From: Felis catus
Lineage: Eukaryota
Assembly (NCBI RefSeq): GCF_018350175.1
Contig: NC_058368.1
Location: forward strand, 215,700,001 to 215,764,000
Direction: 5' to 3'
Length of the DNA: 64,000 bases
The notes under the pieces are model-generated. The model did no database searches and had not been told where the DNA came from. It saw only the letters and a program-made list of their open reading frames with translations. Positions within the stretch are counted from its first letter, which is position 1. Every line of letters starts with the position of its first letter. Made by a program: the position numbers and the translations under genes. Below are positions 1 through 11,765 of this stretch, piece after piece.

Positions 1-94
1 TCTATGTTTATTGCAACATTATTTATAATAACCAATATATGGAAGCAGCTTAAGGGTCTATCAATAGACGAATGGATAAGGAAGAAGTGGTATA

Positions 95-132
<38 letters not shown>

Positions 133-296
133 AATATTATACAGCCATTGATAAGGATGAGAGAGTGCTATTTTTGACAACATAGGTGGACTTAAGACAG
201 TATGATGCTAAGCGAAATAAGTCATACTTAGAAAGACAAATATCCCATGATTTCACTCATTATGAAGAATCTAAAAAAACAAAACAAAACAACAAA

Positions 297-338
<42 letters not shown>

Positions 339-617
339 ACTAATAAACAAAAACCAGAATCAGACCTATAAATACAGAGAAAAAACTAATGGTTGCCAGA
401 GGGGAGGGAGTGTGGGTTGAACAAAATGGGTGAAGGTGAGTTGGAGATACAGGCTTCCAGTTATGGAAAGGCACAGCATAAGAAATAGAGCCAATGACAT
501 TCTCACAGCATTGTATGGTGACAGATGGTAGCTACATAATATATAAATTTGTGCAATCACTACATTGTATCCCTGAAACTAATGTAACATTATGTGTCAA
601 CTACACTCAATAAAAAT
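1..617 (+). mobile_element. L1 3' end (ORF2 C-terminus remnant plus 3'UTR, carnivore L1), interrupted by two (CA)n tracts
   Basis: Typical L1 3' motifs (atgtttattgcaacattatttataatagcc-like, ctaatggttgccagagg, ccctgaaactaatgtaacattatgtgtcaactacactcaataaaaa) ending in a polyA signal. Confidence 0.85.
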
Positions 618-629
618 TGTTTAATTATA

Positions 630-1382
630 ACCATCCATTAGTGCATAGGCTAGGCTACCATTTAACAATCATATTACTGCTTCTTTATGATCAATGCATG
701 AGCTGTTGTACCTGTAAATAAATACAAATTTCTTGTTCACATTATCTTCCGTTTTTACATTAGTAACAGGTATCTCATCTACAGTGTTTTGTATCATAGA
801 AGACAATATTGATGTAGATACTGACAGATGATTCATCTTGTAAACAGATGACACAAACTTGTAGTATTGATAAATATAGTACAGCTCTATATGTATTTTC
901 TTTTATGGTTTTTTAAATGTTTATTTACTTTGAGAGAGAGAGTATAGAGGGAAGGAGAGAAGGAGAAAGAGAGAGAGAGAACATGGGGGGAGGCAGAGAG
1001 AGAGAAGGAAAGAGAGAATCCAGCACAGCGCAGCCCAGATGAGGGGCTGGATCCCACAAACTGAGATCGTGACCTGAGCCTAAATCAAGACTTGGACAAT
1101 TAACCAATTGAGCCACCCAGCTGCCCTCTGCCTTATGATTTTCTTAATAATGCTTTTTCTTTCCCAGCTTACTTTATTATAAGAATAAGTACATAATACA
1201 TATAATATATGGTATATGTATTAATCAATTTGTTATGTTATCAATAAGGCTTCTGGTCAACAGTAGGCTATTAGTAGTTACGTCAAAGTTATGTTGGATT
1301 AAGTTAAGTCAAAGTTATGCTGGATTTTCAATCGTGCAGGGAGTCAGTGATCCAGACCCTCATTTTGTTCAAATACCAACTG
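630..1382 (+). mobile_element. Tigger2-family (TcMar-Tigger) DNA transposon 3' part, interrupted by a SINE
   Basis: aataaggcttctggtcaacagtaggctattagtagtta and a terminal ttgttcaaataccaactg followed by TA resemble the Tigger2 right end/TIR (gttcaagggtcaactg). Left boundary approximate. Confidence 0.7.
909..1126 (-). mobile_element. CanSINE (SINEC)
   Basis: Reverse-complement tRNA-like head, (GA)n tract and T-rich tail. Confidence 0.9.
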
Positions 1383-1408
1383 TATATTTCAATTAAAAAA
1401 TATTTCAA

Positions 1409-1607
1409 GGGGCACCTGGGTGGCTCCGTCGGTTAAGCATCTGACTTCAGCTCAGGTCATGATCTCACAGTTCGTGGGTTTGAGCCCTGTGTCAGGGTCT
1501 GTGCTGACAGCTCAGAGTCTGGAGCCTGCTTCGGATTCTGTGTCTCCCTCTCTCCTCCGCTCCCTCACTCATGCTCTGTTTCTGTCAAAAACAAATAAAC
1601 ATTAAAA
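1409..1607 (+). mobile_element. CanSINE (SINEC_Fc-type)
   Basis: ggggcacctgggtggctc head, CT tract, aataaacattaaaa tail. Confidence 0.95.
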
Positions 1608-1862
1608 TCTTAACAAAATATTTTAAAATATGGCATATGGAAGAGTTAAACATTGTACATAGGTACTTTTTTTTTTCACTTTAGGATGATTATATAAATT
1701 TCCTGTAGACAAAAACAAGGACAACCAAGAATCACTGCCCAAATAGAAGAAAATGCCATTGGTGCACAATGTATCTCAGAATATCTAATGGTATACCTGA
1801 TGTATTAAATGTGAAATATTTTCACACTGAAAAATCGTTGGTATATTTCTTTAAAAAAGGGA

Positions 1863-2053
1863 TATTTACTTCTTTTGAGGGGGAGGGGTAGCAGGGGAAG
1901 GGCAGAGACAGAGGGAGAGAGAGAGGATCCCAAGCAAGCTGTGCCCAGCAGCACATACTCCGACATGGTTCTTGAGCTCATGAACCATGAGATCATAACC
2001 TGAACCAAAACCAAGAGTCAGATGCTTAGCTGTCTGAGCCACCCAGGTGCCCC
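1863..2053 (-). mobile_element. CanSINE
   Basis: Ends in gagccacccaggtgcccc (reverse-complement head). Confidence 0.9.
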
Positions 2054-2544
2054 TGAAAATACATTTCTTAAAATTCAATTTAAGCTGGAAATTTTCAAGT
2101 GAACTATGAAATTCAAAATTTTCATTTTTAAGAGAAATTAATTATGTAACTTTTTAAACTTCTATAAAAGCCTATGGAAAAAAAATACAGTGCCATTCAC
2201 CTGAATTTATCAGTTATCAATACTTTATGATAGTTCCTGCATCTTTTTTGTTCAGAAATAAATGTGAAAAGTGCTAAAGGCTCATACCACAATCCTCTTT
2301 CTTTCCATATCCAGTGGAAAAAAAATATCACTTTTCTAAATTTGGCATTTTTCTTCTATTTGCCAAATCAGCATTTATTTTGATAGTTTTTCATTGTTTT
2401 ATTTGGCTCTCATTATTTCTGTTAATTGAATACATCATAGCTTATTAATACAGCCTCCTACTAATAGGCAATAAGCTTATCTTTACTTGTTTAGTGCTAT
2501 ATGTAACATATGCAACTTTCAAAATTGTCAGTGCTGTTGTAATA

Positions 2545-2668
2545 GAACTGTATGGTGATGTGTTAGCTACCCTTGTGGCAGTGAAGCATAACACATAGAG
2601 AGGTTGAATCACTATGCTGTATGCCTGAAACTAATGGAACATTGTGTGTCAATTATACTAAAAAAAAA
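2545..2668 (+). mobile_element. Short L1 3'-terminal fragment
   Basis: gaatcactatgctgtatgcctgaaactaatggaacattgtgtgtcaattatact plus polyA; homologous to 500-617. Confidence 0.75.
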
Positions 2669-3037
2669 CTCTACAAATCACCCAGTACCTTACAATTAAA
2701 ATTGGTTACATAAATGCTGGGAAATGGAGACACTTTGTTTTTTTTTTTAATGTATCAAAGACAATAGAATAATAGATATACAATTATCACCTGATTTCTG
2801 GTTATGAGAAATCAGAATGCTGTGATAAGAAAATGTATTCTTAAATGTTTCTTATCATTATAAATTATATGCCCGTTACCTTATGAGAATGGTTTGAAGA
2901 GATACACTATTAAAAATATATCTACCTTTATCTATTATTTCTTGCTTATCTTATATTTATCTGAGTATGTGTTGAATCTATTTACTATTTACCATCATTT
3001 GTAATGTCACCCTTAAAGGTAATTTCCCAGTAAACTT

Positions 3038-3138
3038 GTGGTGAGCATAGCATAAAGTATGGACTTGTTAAATCACTATGTTGTACATCTGAAATGAATG
3101 TAAGATTGTGTATCAGTTATGCTTCAAATAAAAAAAAA
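3038..3138 (+). mobile_element. Short L1 3'-terminal fragment
   Basis: gtggtgagcatagcat...aatcactatgttgtacatctgaaa...aaataaaaaaaaa. Confidence 0.75.
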
Positions 3139-3150
3139 GACATAATTTCT

Positions 3151-3357
3151 GGGGCACCTGTGTGGCTCAGTCGGTTAAGGGTCCAACTTCAGCTCAGGTC
3201 ATAATCTCACGGTTTGTGGGTTCGAGTCTCATGTCAGGCTCTGGGCTTACAGGTCAGAGCCTGGAGCCTGTTTCAGATTCTGTGTGTGTGTCTCTCTCTG
3301 CCCCTCCCCTGCTCATGCTTTCTCTCATTCTCTGAAAAATAAATAAACATTAAAAAA
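3151..3357 (+). mobile_element. CanSINE
   Basis: Head ggggcacctg, CT tract, tail; flanking acataatttc duplication. Confidence 0.95.
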
Positions 3358-4386
3358 CATAATTTCCTATTATTTTATGTTTACTATCCATCCAAAACAG
3401 CAAAGTTTTAAAATGATTAATAGTTACCTTTATATAAAATATAATAGTATAATACACTATAATTAGTAGAGTGAAAACATACAAATCATTATTTTTCTTA
3501 GTTTTAATTGTTTTTGTCACAATGTCTATTTTAGATTGTTTCTAGTATAGTCTTGCTTTTATTCAAGAGAAAATAACTGGAGATAATTCTTTTGATCTGC
3601 CACATATTTGTTTTCTTCTTAAAAGTATAAGAAAGCATATTGTACTTAACCCCACTTAAAAATAAAAGAGGACCTCAGTCTAAGATTTTTGCTTTTAACG
3701 TTGTTTCTATTTAAAGACATGCTATAATTCTGAGAGAACTATAAAAGTCTACTCAAAAACATTATAATGTAAAATGGATAGAGAAGGGCAATGAGATATT
3801 TAATTTACCACAGCATAGTCATTGCTTTGAAGAATGCATAATATATACCAATGGTAATATATGGAGAAATAACAAAGGTGAATAGCAGAGACAATAAATC
3901 TGTTTTTACAGGACATGTCTTAGGTATTCCTCTTATTAATAAATAAAATAATTTTAGGCCATATGGAGCTGACCTTAAATCTTCCTGTTTATGGCAATAT
4001 ACATCAGTTATGATTCACACAATATAGAGCATTTCCACCCCCCCCAAAAATTTATAGCAACAAAAAGATAAGTCCTTAGGTGAGTATTTAGAAAATTATT
4101 CAGTATAGAGGTTCATTTTGTCTTTATTGATTCTCATTATTGGAAGTCATGTATTTGATCTTGACTTCCGCTCTGTAAAGGCAATATTATAGAGGTTAGC
4201 ATGTGTTCCCCTACTCACATAGATCTGCTCATTCAGTTGTCCAGCTTGAACTTTTACCATGTATTATAAAATAAAACAAATGATACACAATCTATTTTTC
4301 AGTCAAATTTCATTCTTTGGCTGTAGAAATGAAACTCAGGAGTTGGAAGAAGGAACTGTTTTTGAGCTGTTCTGTTTCACATGCAT

Positions 4387-4388
<2 letters not shown>

Positions 4389-4432
<44 letters not shown>
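4389..4432. repeat. (AC)22 microsatellite
   Basis: Perfect dinucleotide run. Confidence 0.98.
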
Positions 4433-4435
<3 letters not shown>

Positions 4436-4544
4436 TCTCTCTCCCTTCCTACTCACCTCTCTTTCTCATCTTCTCAGTACCAAAAGATAAGAGCTCTGGG
4501 CACAGTGAACCAGGAAATGCACTCTGTAGCTAATGCATGCTTAC

Positions 4545-4607
4545 CTGCAATACTCGTTACTGCGAAATGTGGAGTGAGTACTTTAACTCATGCTCCTGAG
4601 AAGCAGT
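4545..4607 (-). other. Candidate short non-coding first exon of an unidentified gene
   Basis: Minus strand: Inr-like TCACTGC at about 4607, ends in GCAG|GTAAGC (strong 5' splice donor at 4544-4539). Non-repetitive sequence with retained CpGs. Confidence 0.5.
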
Positions 4608-4630
4608 GATTGTATATGCAATACCCTTAC

Positions 4631-4637
4631 ATTTATA
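4631..4637 (-). promoter_or_regulatory. Candidate TATA box (TATAAAT)
   Basis: First T lies 30 nt upstream of the Inr-like A at 4607, which is canonical TATA-TSS spacing. Confidence 0.45.
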
Positions 4638-4984
4638 ACATCAGTTAAAAGAGTTTTGTAGTTTTGTGTCATTTGTATGTTTCCTTTTCCCAAAACCACA
4701 ATATGAAATACTATTTTAACTGTAACAAATACCAATGTTTATAAGGACACAATTACATCGGTCTCTTTCAAAGTCAAGCTCTAACACAGGTACACAGACC
4801 TCTTAACATGAACAAGAAATAACTCCGTTCAGAAAAATCATATAATCTAGTAGAGAGAAAGAAAAATAACAACTTTTAAAACAAAATTACAGTTTCAGGG
4901 GGCAAAAGTACAACTTAGGAAAGTATATTGGAGGTGCTCTCCACTTCTTTGACAATTAACTACTAATAAAATTGGGATCAGATA

Positions 4985-5202
4985 GGGGCGCCTGGGTGGC
5001 GCAGTCGGTTAAGCGTCCGACTTCAGCCAGGTCACGATCTCGCAGTCCGTGAGTTCGAGCCCCGCGTCAGGCTCTGGGCTGATGGCTCAGAGCCTGGAGC
5101 CTGTTTCCGATTCTGTGTCTCCCTCTCTCTCTGCCCCTCCCCCGTTCATGCTCTGTCTCTCTCTGTCCCAAAAATAAATAAACGTTGAAAAAAAAAAACA
5201 AT
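4985..5202 (+). mobile_element. Young felid SINE (SINEC_Fc-type) with perfect 18-bp TSD
   Basis: CpG-rich intact body; TSD taaaattgggatcagata at 4967-4984 and 5203-5220. Confidence 0.97.
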
Positions 5203-6294
5203 TAAAATTGGGATCAGATATATAAAGTGATCTGATAGCAATATCAGATGCATATATCAGAAATTATATATGCATCTTCTGATACACTAATATAAATTAG
5301 TACTAATATTTATCTTAGTGAACTTAAACAATTAGAGAATATACACATAAATGGTTTTCAATGTGTAATTCATACTCTCAGAGCATCTTCAGAAACACAG
5401 TCAATTTTTATATGCAAATAAAACATTTTAGTGAACTATGATTATTCCTTGTATATTCATATTCCTACAACACATACAGATTCCTGAGTTAATTAAGGTT
5501 TTACTGAAAAACTTAGAATGCATTATTGAGGGAGTAGGATTATCATGCGGTTATATATAAATCTGCTCTAGAGCAGACATTTTTTTCCTACCATGTGCAG
5601 TGGTAATTTGCTTTTGTAAAAAAAAAAAATCAGAATTGACTAATCCTGAAGCTTTTTTTGAGAAAAAAAAATTCAGAATACAATGGCTGCATATAACTTA
5701 GAATGAATATATGCATATATATGTATATATACATACATTTCCATTTATTAAACAGTTTGCTACATATTTCATATTGACATTCTATTTTAATGAAATTCCA
5801 CAAAGTCTTTTCTTAGATGAATATACACTGGATTTCAGTCTTATCTGCAATTATTATAGCTTATTTTCCCTTTTTAAGACTTAGATGCAATTTTATTAGG
5901 CATTTATGGTTGTGTTTTTATTTTGAAATGGTTCTTTGATGCTCTCACCTACTAAAATTTTAAGGTATATTTTTTTACAGAGTGTCTTTCAATGAATTAA
6001 GCCTACTCTTTTCTACATGAACTTCTGTTTGAAATATAGACTCACCAAAGGGCTGCTTATCATCAGCAATAGAACTAAAGGCAAATGAAAATTATATATA
6101 CATGGAAAATGAGCAAAAGATATATTACATCACCAACATATATAATTCCATGCCTTCTCAAAGAAGGAGTAGTAAATAGAATAGGAATAGGGGTGATGTA
6201 GAAATCTCAGTCACTCAATTGGCTTTATTTTTTAGTGATACAAAATTTAAATTATTCAAGCTGAAGCTATTAAATATTCATAGTGCTTCATATT

Positions 6295-6475
6295 ATAAAG
6301 TTATTGATTAATGTCTTTGGTAAAGAACACTATTATCTCTGATTACATCAAGGTCATCCTGAGGAACAGGACCAAGGCACAAAGTTTTATATATGGAAAT
6401 ATGAGAAGCTAATACATAATTCATATTTAACAGATAACATAAAGGTTAACCCCTTGGAGAATTTGAAGATAATAC
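6295..6475. promoter_or_regulatory. Candidate enhancer: HNF1-like, NR5A/ERR and GATA motif cluster
   Basis: GTTATTGATTAAT 6300-6312; TCAAGGTCA 6348-6356; CCAAGGCAC 6372-6380; WGATAA at 6333-6338 (minus), 6432-6437 and 6467-6472, all in repeat-free DNA. Confidence 0.4.
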
Positions 6476-7004
6476 TCATGTTCTTCTGACAATTCTTTAT
6501 ACTGGCAATTTGGAAAATGCCAGTGTTTTATTACTACCTATTCTTGTACTATGACATGAATTAATGCATACCTGCCTCACTATTCCTAGGGGAAAAAAAA
6601 AGAATGTGAATTATGTACAAGAGAGAGATTTTACAAAACTAAATGAGCCAAATGTGTTTCCTCTGTATACCCATTAAAAATATTCTGAGACTAGTCCCTT
6701 TAACTTTTAGAGAAAATTGGTCCTTCACTTTCATATTTTACCAATTATCTGTTAAATTTTCTAGGCCCACTGAAAGTCTGAAGATATTTGGGATCGGTTC
6801 ATATTTTGGAATCATATACATACTGAGCATAAGTGAAATATTTCAACTTTAGCTTGGTCTAGGCATGTACTCTCAACTTTTAAAAAAATCATAAAACTTA
6901 ATTCCAGTAAGTTTAAATGGCTAGTTTAAAGTTTTTACAGTGAACATATTGCTGTTTCATGAAAAATGTTAGGACTTTGTGTCATAATTTTTCTCATATA
7001 TGCA

Positions 7005-7102
7005 ACTGAAAACAATGTCAACTGTAAGATTTGGTAGAAGAATGAGATAATGCAAGTAAAAGCATTTGGCACATTTTTCCCACTCTATAAATAGTAGCTA
7101 TT
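7005..7102 (+). mobile_element. MIR fragment
   Basis: aatgagataatgcaagtaaaagcatttggcaca...aaatagtagctatt resembles the MIR core/3' end. Confidence 0.6.
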
Positions 7103-7389
7103 CTTTTTGTGGAGGAAATAAATCCAGGATCTTGGCCTCCAAAATTCCTGTCTCCTACTTCATTGCCCTATCACATTTAAGTCAATGAATCTGTCAGTGA
7201 GATTGGATTGTGGATAATTGTCTCTTAACCCCATATGTTGTTTTATCCGTCCACAATGCCATCTTAAAACAATGGAAGAGAGCCATGGTAATAGAATGGT
7301 TACCTCCTCCGCCCCTTTGGGAACGCTTTCATTGATATTCCTGTATGATTCTAAATTATGGCTTAATTTCAAATATGGTACCAATGAAA

Positions 7390-8385
7390 TTGCTCAGTCA
7401 AAAACCATGGAATCCTTTTTTTCCTCACACCCCAGACCTAGCCATCATCACATTCCATTGATAGCATCTTGAAAATACAATGACATTCTGGCCACTTTTT
7501 GTTATTTCCATCCAGCTGTGATTGTTTATCATCTGACTTAATATAATTTCTTACAAACAAATGTCTTTGATACTGCATTAGTCATCCTTCAGTATATTCT
7601 CAAAATGGAAAATTGTATAATTAATTTAAAACATAAATCAGATTATGGCCCAGGGTGCCTGGGTGGCTCAGTTGTTTGAGTGACCAATTTCGGCTTAGGT
7701 CATGATCTCATGGTCTGTGAGTTAGAGCCAGCATTGGGCTCTTGCTGACAGCTTAGAGCCTGGAGCCTGCTTTGGATTCTGTGTCTCCCTTTCTCCCTGC
7801 CCCTCTCCCGCTCACATTTTCTCTCTCTCTCTCTTTCTCTAGCTCACTCAAAGAATAAACATTAAAAAAATGAAAAAAAAACAGATTATGGTCCTCTTTT
7901 CCATAAGACAAATTCACTCATTGTAAAAGCCAGAAATTATACACATGTCTTATAGGTCCTATCATATGGACTCTCTAATTTCTATATGGAATTTTCCACT
8001 TGTTCTGGGTCATTTCTCATTTCAGTCTCAGATGCAACAATTTCTTTGTTATTATTAAGCATAACAGTAGATATGTTAATGTCCATATCTTCTTAATGTC
8101 TTTGGTCTTTGGCTATCTTCCTGTGAGGCTTCCCATGGTCATTGTATTAAACTGTTGAAACTCTCTGTGGTCTGTAGACACTTGCCATGCTTATTATGTT
8201 TACCATAGCACTTGCTACCGTCCAATACACCATACATTTTGCATTCTTACTGATTATATTGGGTCCTCACCAGAGTATTAGTTACATGAGGACAGAGGTT
8301 TCCGCAGACTTTTCATGTTGTATTCCATAAGCCAAGAGTATTAACTGGAAATACACAGTTGTTTAAGCAATGAATCTGAAATGGG
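7390..8385 (+). mobile_element. Degenerate L2 3' region
   Basis: L2-like motifs (ttgctcagtcaaaaaccatggaatcc, aaaacataaatcagattatg, ccagagtattagttacatgaggacagagg) and an aatgaa-type end. Confidence 0.55.
7653..7881 (+). mobile_element. CanSINE
   Basis: Head gggtgcctgggtggctcag, CT tract, A tail; flanking cagattatgg duplication. Confidence 0.95.
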
Positions 8386-8630
8386 TGATTCATGGATCAG
8401 AGAGGAGATTTACTGTAGTAGTTTAAGTCATGAAATTTAGTCACATATGCACCTCATCTTAACCATTTACAATTATGTTACCCTAAACAAATTGTTTTTA
8501 CTCTCCACTTTTTAGTCTCTACGTAACTAATTCGTTGGAAGTATTGTCTGCCTCAGAGTACGGCCAAAGGTAATACTGAGATAATGTATAAATAATACTT
8601 AGCATCATTGTCAGTGAATAAATGATTTCT

Positions 8631-8753
8631 TCTTTAGTAGGCTTCACATCCCTCACAGAGCCCAATGTGAGGCTTGAACTCCTGACTCTGAGATCAAGAC
8701 TTGAAATGAGATCAAGAGTTGGACACTTAACTGACTGAGCCATCCAGGCGCCT
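8631..8753 (-). mobile_element. Short CanSINE variant lacking the CT tract
   Basis: tRNA-like head only, ending in cctactaaag; TSD taaatgatttct on both sides. Confidence 0.85.
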
Positions 8754-8974
8754 CTAAATGATTTCTATTAAATTAAAAAAAAATTACAGGTTTTTTGCTA
8801 GAAAAGAGTGAAGATGGAATAGGAATACAGATCACAAAAAATTCTGGGAATAAATGAAGTTCAAGTCATATTCTTACAACTCTCTTTACCCAAGGGGTAA
8901 AATCTAGGTGTGGGATAGAGCTCTTCCCTTTTCTTCATCTCCCTTCTTGAGAACTCATGGTGTTTAGTACTAAC

Positions 8975-9167
8975 TTTTTTTTTTAATGTTTATTCTTGAG
9001 AGAGAGAGCATGCACACAGGGGAGGTGCAGACAGAGAGCGGTGCAGAGGATCTGAAGTGGGCTCCATGCTGACAGCAGAGCCTGATGTGGGCTTGAACCC
9101 ACAAATCGTGAGATCACGACCTGAGTCGAAGTCAGACACTTAATCGACTGAGCTTCCCAGGCACCCC
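8975..9167 (-). mobile_element. CanSINE
   Basis: T tail, GA tract, head caggcacccc. Confidence 0.9.
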
Positions 9168-10351
9168 TAGTAACTAGCTTTTCTTAACCAAAGGATTTAA
9201 ATTTATCACAACATTGTTCTCCAAGCTCGAGTGTCTGAAATGAGTTCTTACCATGTGTTTCACTTCCACCATTATCACCCCAATATATTATGAACTGAAG
9301 CCAGAAAATTTTGTTAAAGCCATACATGAAAAATATTGTCTCATTCTAGCCTGTTTCACTAGCCTTGCTACAGGAGATATTCGCAGAAAATGTGTGAATA
9401 AATGAGTTATCCACATATACTATCTCAGTGTGTGTTTTAGATAACTGCTCATCATGATGCAGAATGCACCTACTTAGGGCCTTCCAGTGAGGGATTATTT
9501 CCTTTAAACTGGGTACAAGGAGAGATCCAACAACTTTTATATATGGTCCCATTTCCAGGAGATGATTTTCTTGACACTAAACTACAGAGAGTACTTATCT
9601 AAGAGAATAGAACCCTTTTCTTGATTTCTGCCACACATTGTACTTTATCACTTCTATTTTGTCTAAAAATCCCCCCTTCTGTACTATCAAAAAAACAACA
9701 ACAACAAAACGGATTAAAGACTTATTTACTTTTAAATCACAAAGAAAAAAAACAAGCTAGGAATCACTGAAGGACTTTAGAGGGATGTCCAAAACATCAG
9801 AGCTAAGCTTACTACCAACAGCTTTTATTCTTACTATATTCTGCGTATCAGAGATACATGGGATCTAGACCCAAGTCTGTTATTTATTTTGTCATTTTCT
9901 ATTCTTATAAATGTCATAAGGAAAAAAAAAGCCCTCATGTATCAACCACTCAGCTAGAAATAAAATAGTATCAGTTCATTTGGAGGCACCATGGGAACTT
10001 TTATCAAATCCCCTTCTCTACACATAGATGAAACAATGACTCTAAATGTGGTAAGTAATGTTTTCCTGTTGCTGTTTACAATTTTACCATATGTTAAAGT
10101 ATCTACACATACAACTGACAATAATCATGTCCTTAAAAGTTTAAAAAGTCCATCCACATCTTGTTTTGTTTTGTTCCATGTTCCGTTAGTGAGATTCATC
10201 CATGTTGACACATAAGTCTTACCCACCACTTTAAATTCTGTGTAGCATTGTATTGCATGAAAATATCACAATACAGTTACCCATTGGTCAATATATTGTC
10301 ATTTAGCTTTTTTCATTTTTTTCCTATTGCAAAAAATAACTGCTATAAGCA

Positions 10352-10535
10352 TGTATATATATGTGTATATATATACATATATATACATATATACATATAT
10401 ACATATGTACATATATACATATATACATATATATACATATACATATATATACATATATATATATACATATATATACAATATACTATACATATATATACAT
10501 ATATATATACTATATTGTATATATATATGTATATA
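10352..10535. repeat. Complex (TA)n/(TATACA)n microsatellite
   Basis: About 180 bp of alternating purine-pyrimidine repeat; source of the IY-rich ORFs. Confidence 0.97.
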
Positions 10536-10549
10536 CTTCAGAACTTCTT

Positions 10550-10890
10550 TCCATTGTGAACTTAGGCAACTATAACAAAGTACCATAGACTGAGTGGCTT
10601 ATAAACAGCAGAGTTTTATTGCTCAAAGTTCTAGAGGCTAGAAGTCTGAGATCAAGGTGCCAGTATGGTTGGGTTTTGGTGAGCATCCTCTTCCAGGTTA
10701 CAAACTGTCAACTTTTTGTATACACATGTGGCTGGGCACAGAGAGATCTCTTTGGAGACTCTTTCATAAGGATAGTGACCCCATTCCTAATCACATAATC
10801 ACTTCCCGAAGCCCCACTTCCTAACACCATCAATCTTGAGAGTCAAGATGTCAACATAGGTATTTTGAGTGGGCATAAACACTCACTCCA
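10550..10890 (-). mobile_element. MLT1-type (ERVL-MaLR) solo LTR
   Basis: ataacaaagtaccatagactgagtggcttataaaca...ttctagaggctagaagtctgagatcaaggtgccag is a typical MLT1 signature. Confidence 0.8.
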
Positions 10891-11765
10891 CGCAGATATA
10901 CACTTAGGACTGTAACTGCAACATCATTGGATGTTTTGGATGCTTCTTATCCCGTGGCAAATCTCCTCAGCTTCAACCTCTTTTTCCAGTCATCGTCTTC
11001 CGTATGTACCAGTGTTATGTAGACTTTATTCAGCTTCGTAAAAATGCAACTGATAGTATCTGTCCCAGGACCCGGTAAGACTTCCATCTCTGCCTTAGAA
11101 CCTCTCAAACAATGCTGATGGGAGTCCTGGAAAAATCTTGTCTGGTACTCACATATGCACCATTCAGACATACAGGTGAGTTAACACCATGGGCCAATGC
11201 TTGAATAATGGAACCCGTAAAGCAGTGAATGATCCTGGAGTGTCCAATGACCTAACTTGATAGTATGTTCTAGATTTGACTTTCTTTTTCCCTGGTACAT
11301 TCATCCTGTTCCTCCATGATCACATTCCCAAATGAACCACTCATGCAGTCAGCTCTGGGCAGAATGGCAGGGGTGATCCCAGGATCACATGGCATATGTA
11401 CATTTTTTTTCTCTAAACTAATTGTACTGATTTACACTCTTGCCGGCAGTTTATAAAATCCTTCCTGGCAGCTGAGATGTGGGAACGTAACCCTCACATG
11501 TATCTGATGTGGGCAGGTGACCCTCACATGACCCTAGCTGATATCTCTTCTCTGAACATCAACACATTTATAGCTGCCTTGAATGTCAAATAGGCGTCTC
11601 AAACTCAACAAGTAAAACAGAATTCTTGATCTGTATTGTCTCAATTCTGCTTCTACCCCAGTGATTTTCCACTTTTAACTTGTGCCATCATTAATCCATT
11701 TTCTCAGCCTCCAAAATGGAGTCATCAACAGCTCTTTTTAAACAAATTTTTTTCAAGTTTTATTT

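Noticed and set aside
4545..4607. Assigning a gene symbol to the candidate transcript
   Set aside because: No coding exon is in the window and I do not recognise the exon sequence; any name would be a guess.
4985..5070. tRNA-like sequences with A and B boxes at SINE heads
   Set aside because: These are the tRNA-derived CanSINE head, followed by CT tract, polyA and TSDs; not tRNA genes.
6501..6524. ACTGGCA-N10-TGCCAGT inverted repeat as an NFI site or hairpin
   Set aside because: Spacing does not fit the NFI TTGGC-N5-GCCAA consensus, and a 7-bp stem is expected by chance.
10248..10588. Four overlapping Ile/Tyr-rich ORFs (same pattern at 41513-41954)
   Set aside because: They are translations of (TA)n-type microsatellites, which lack stop codons by composition.
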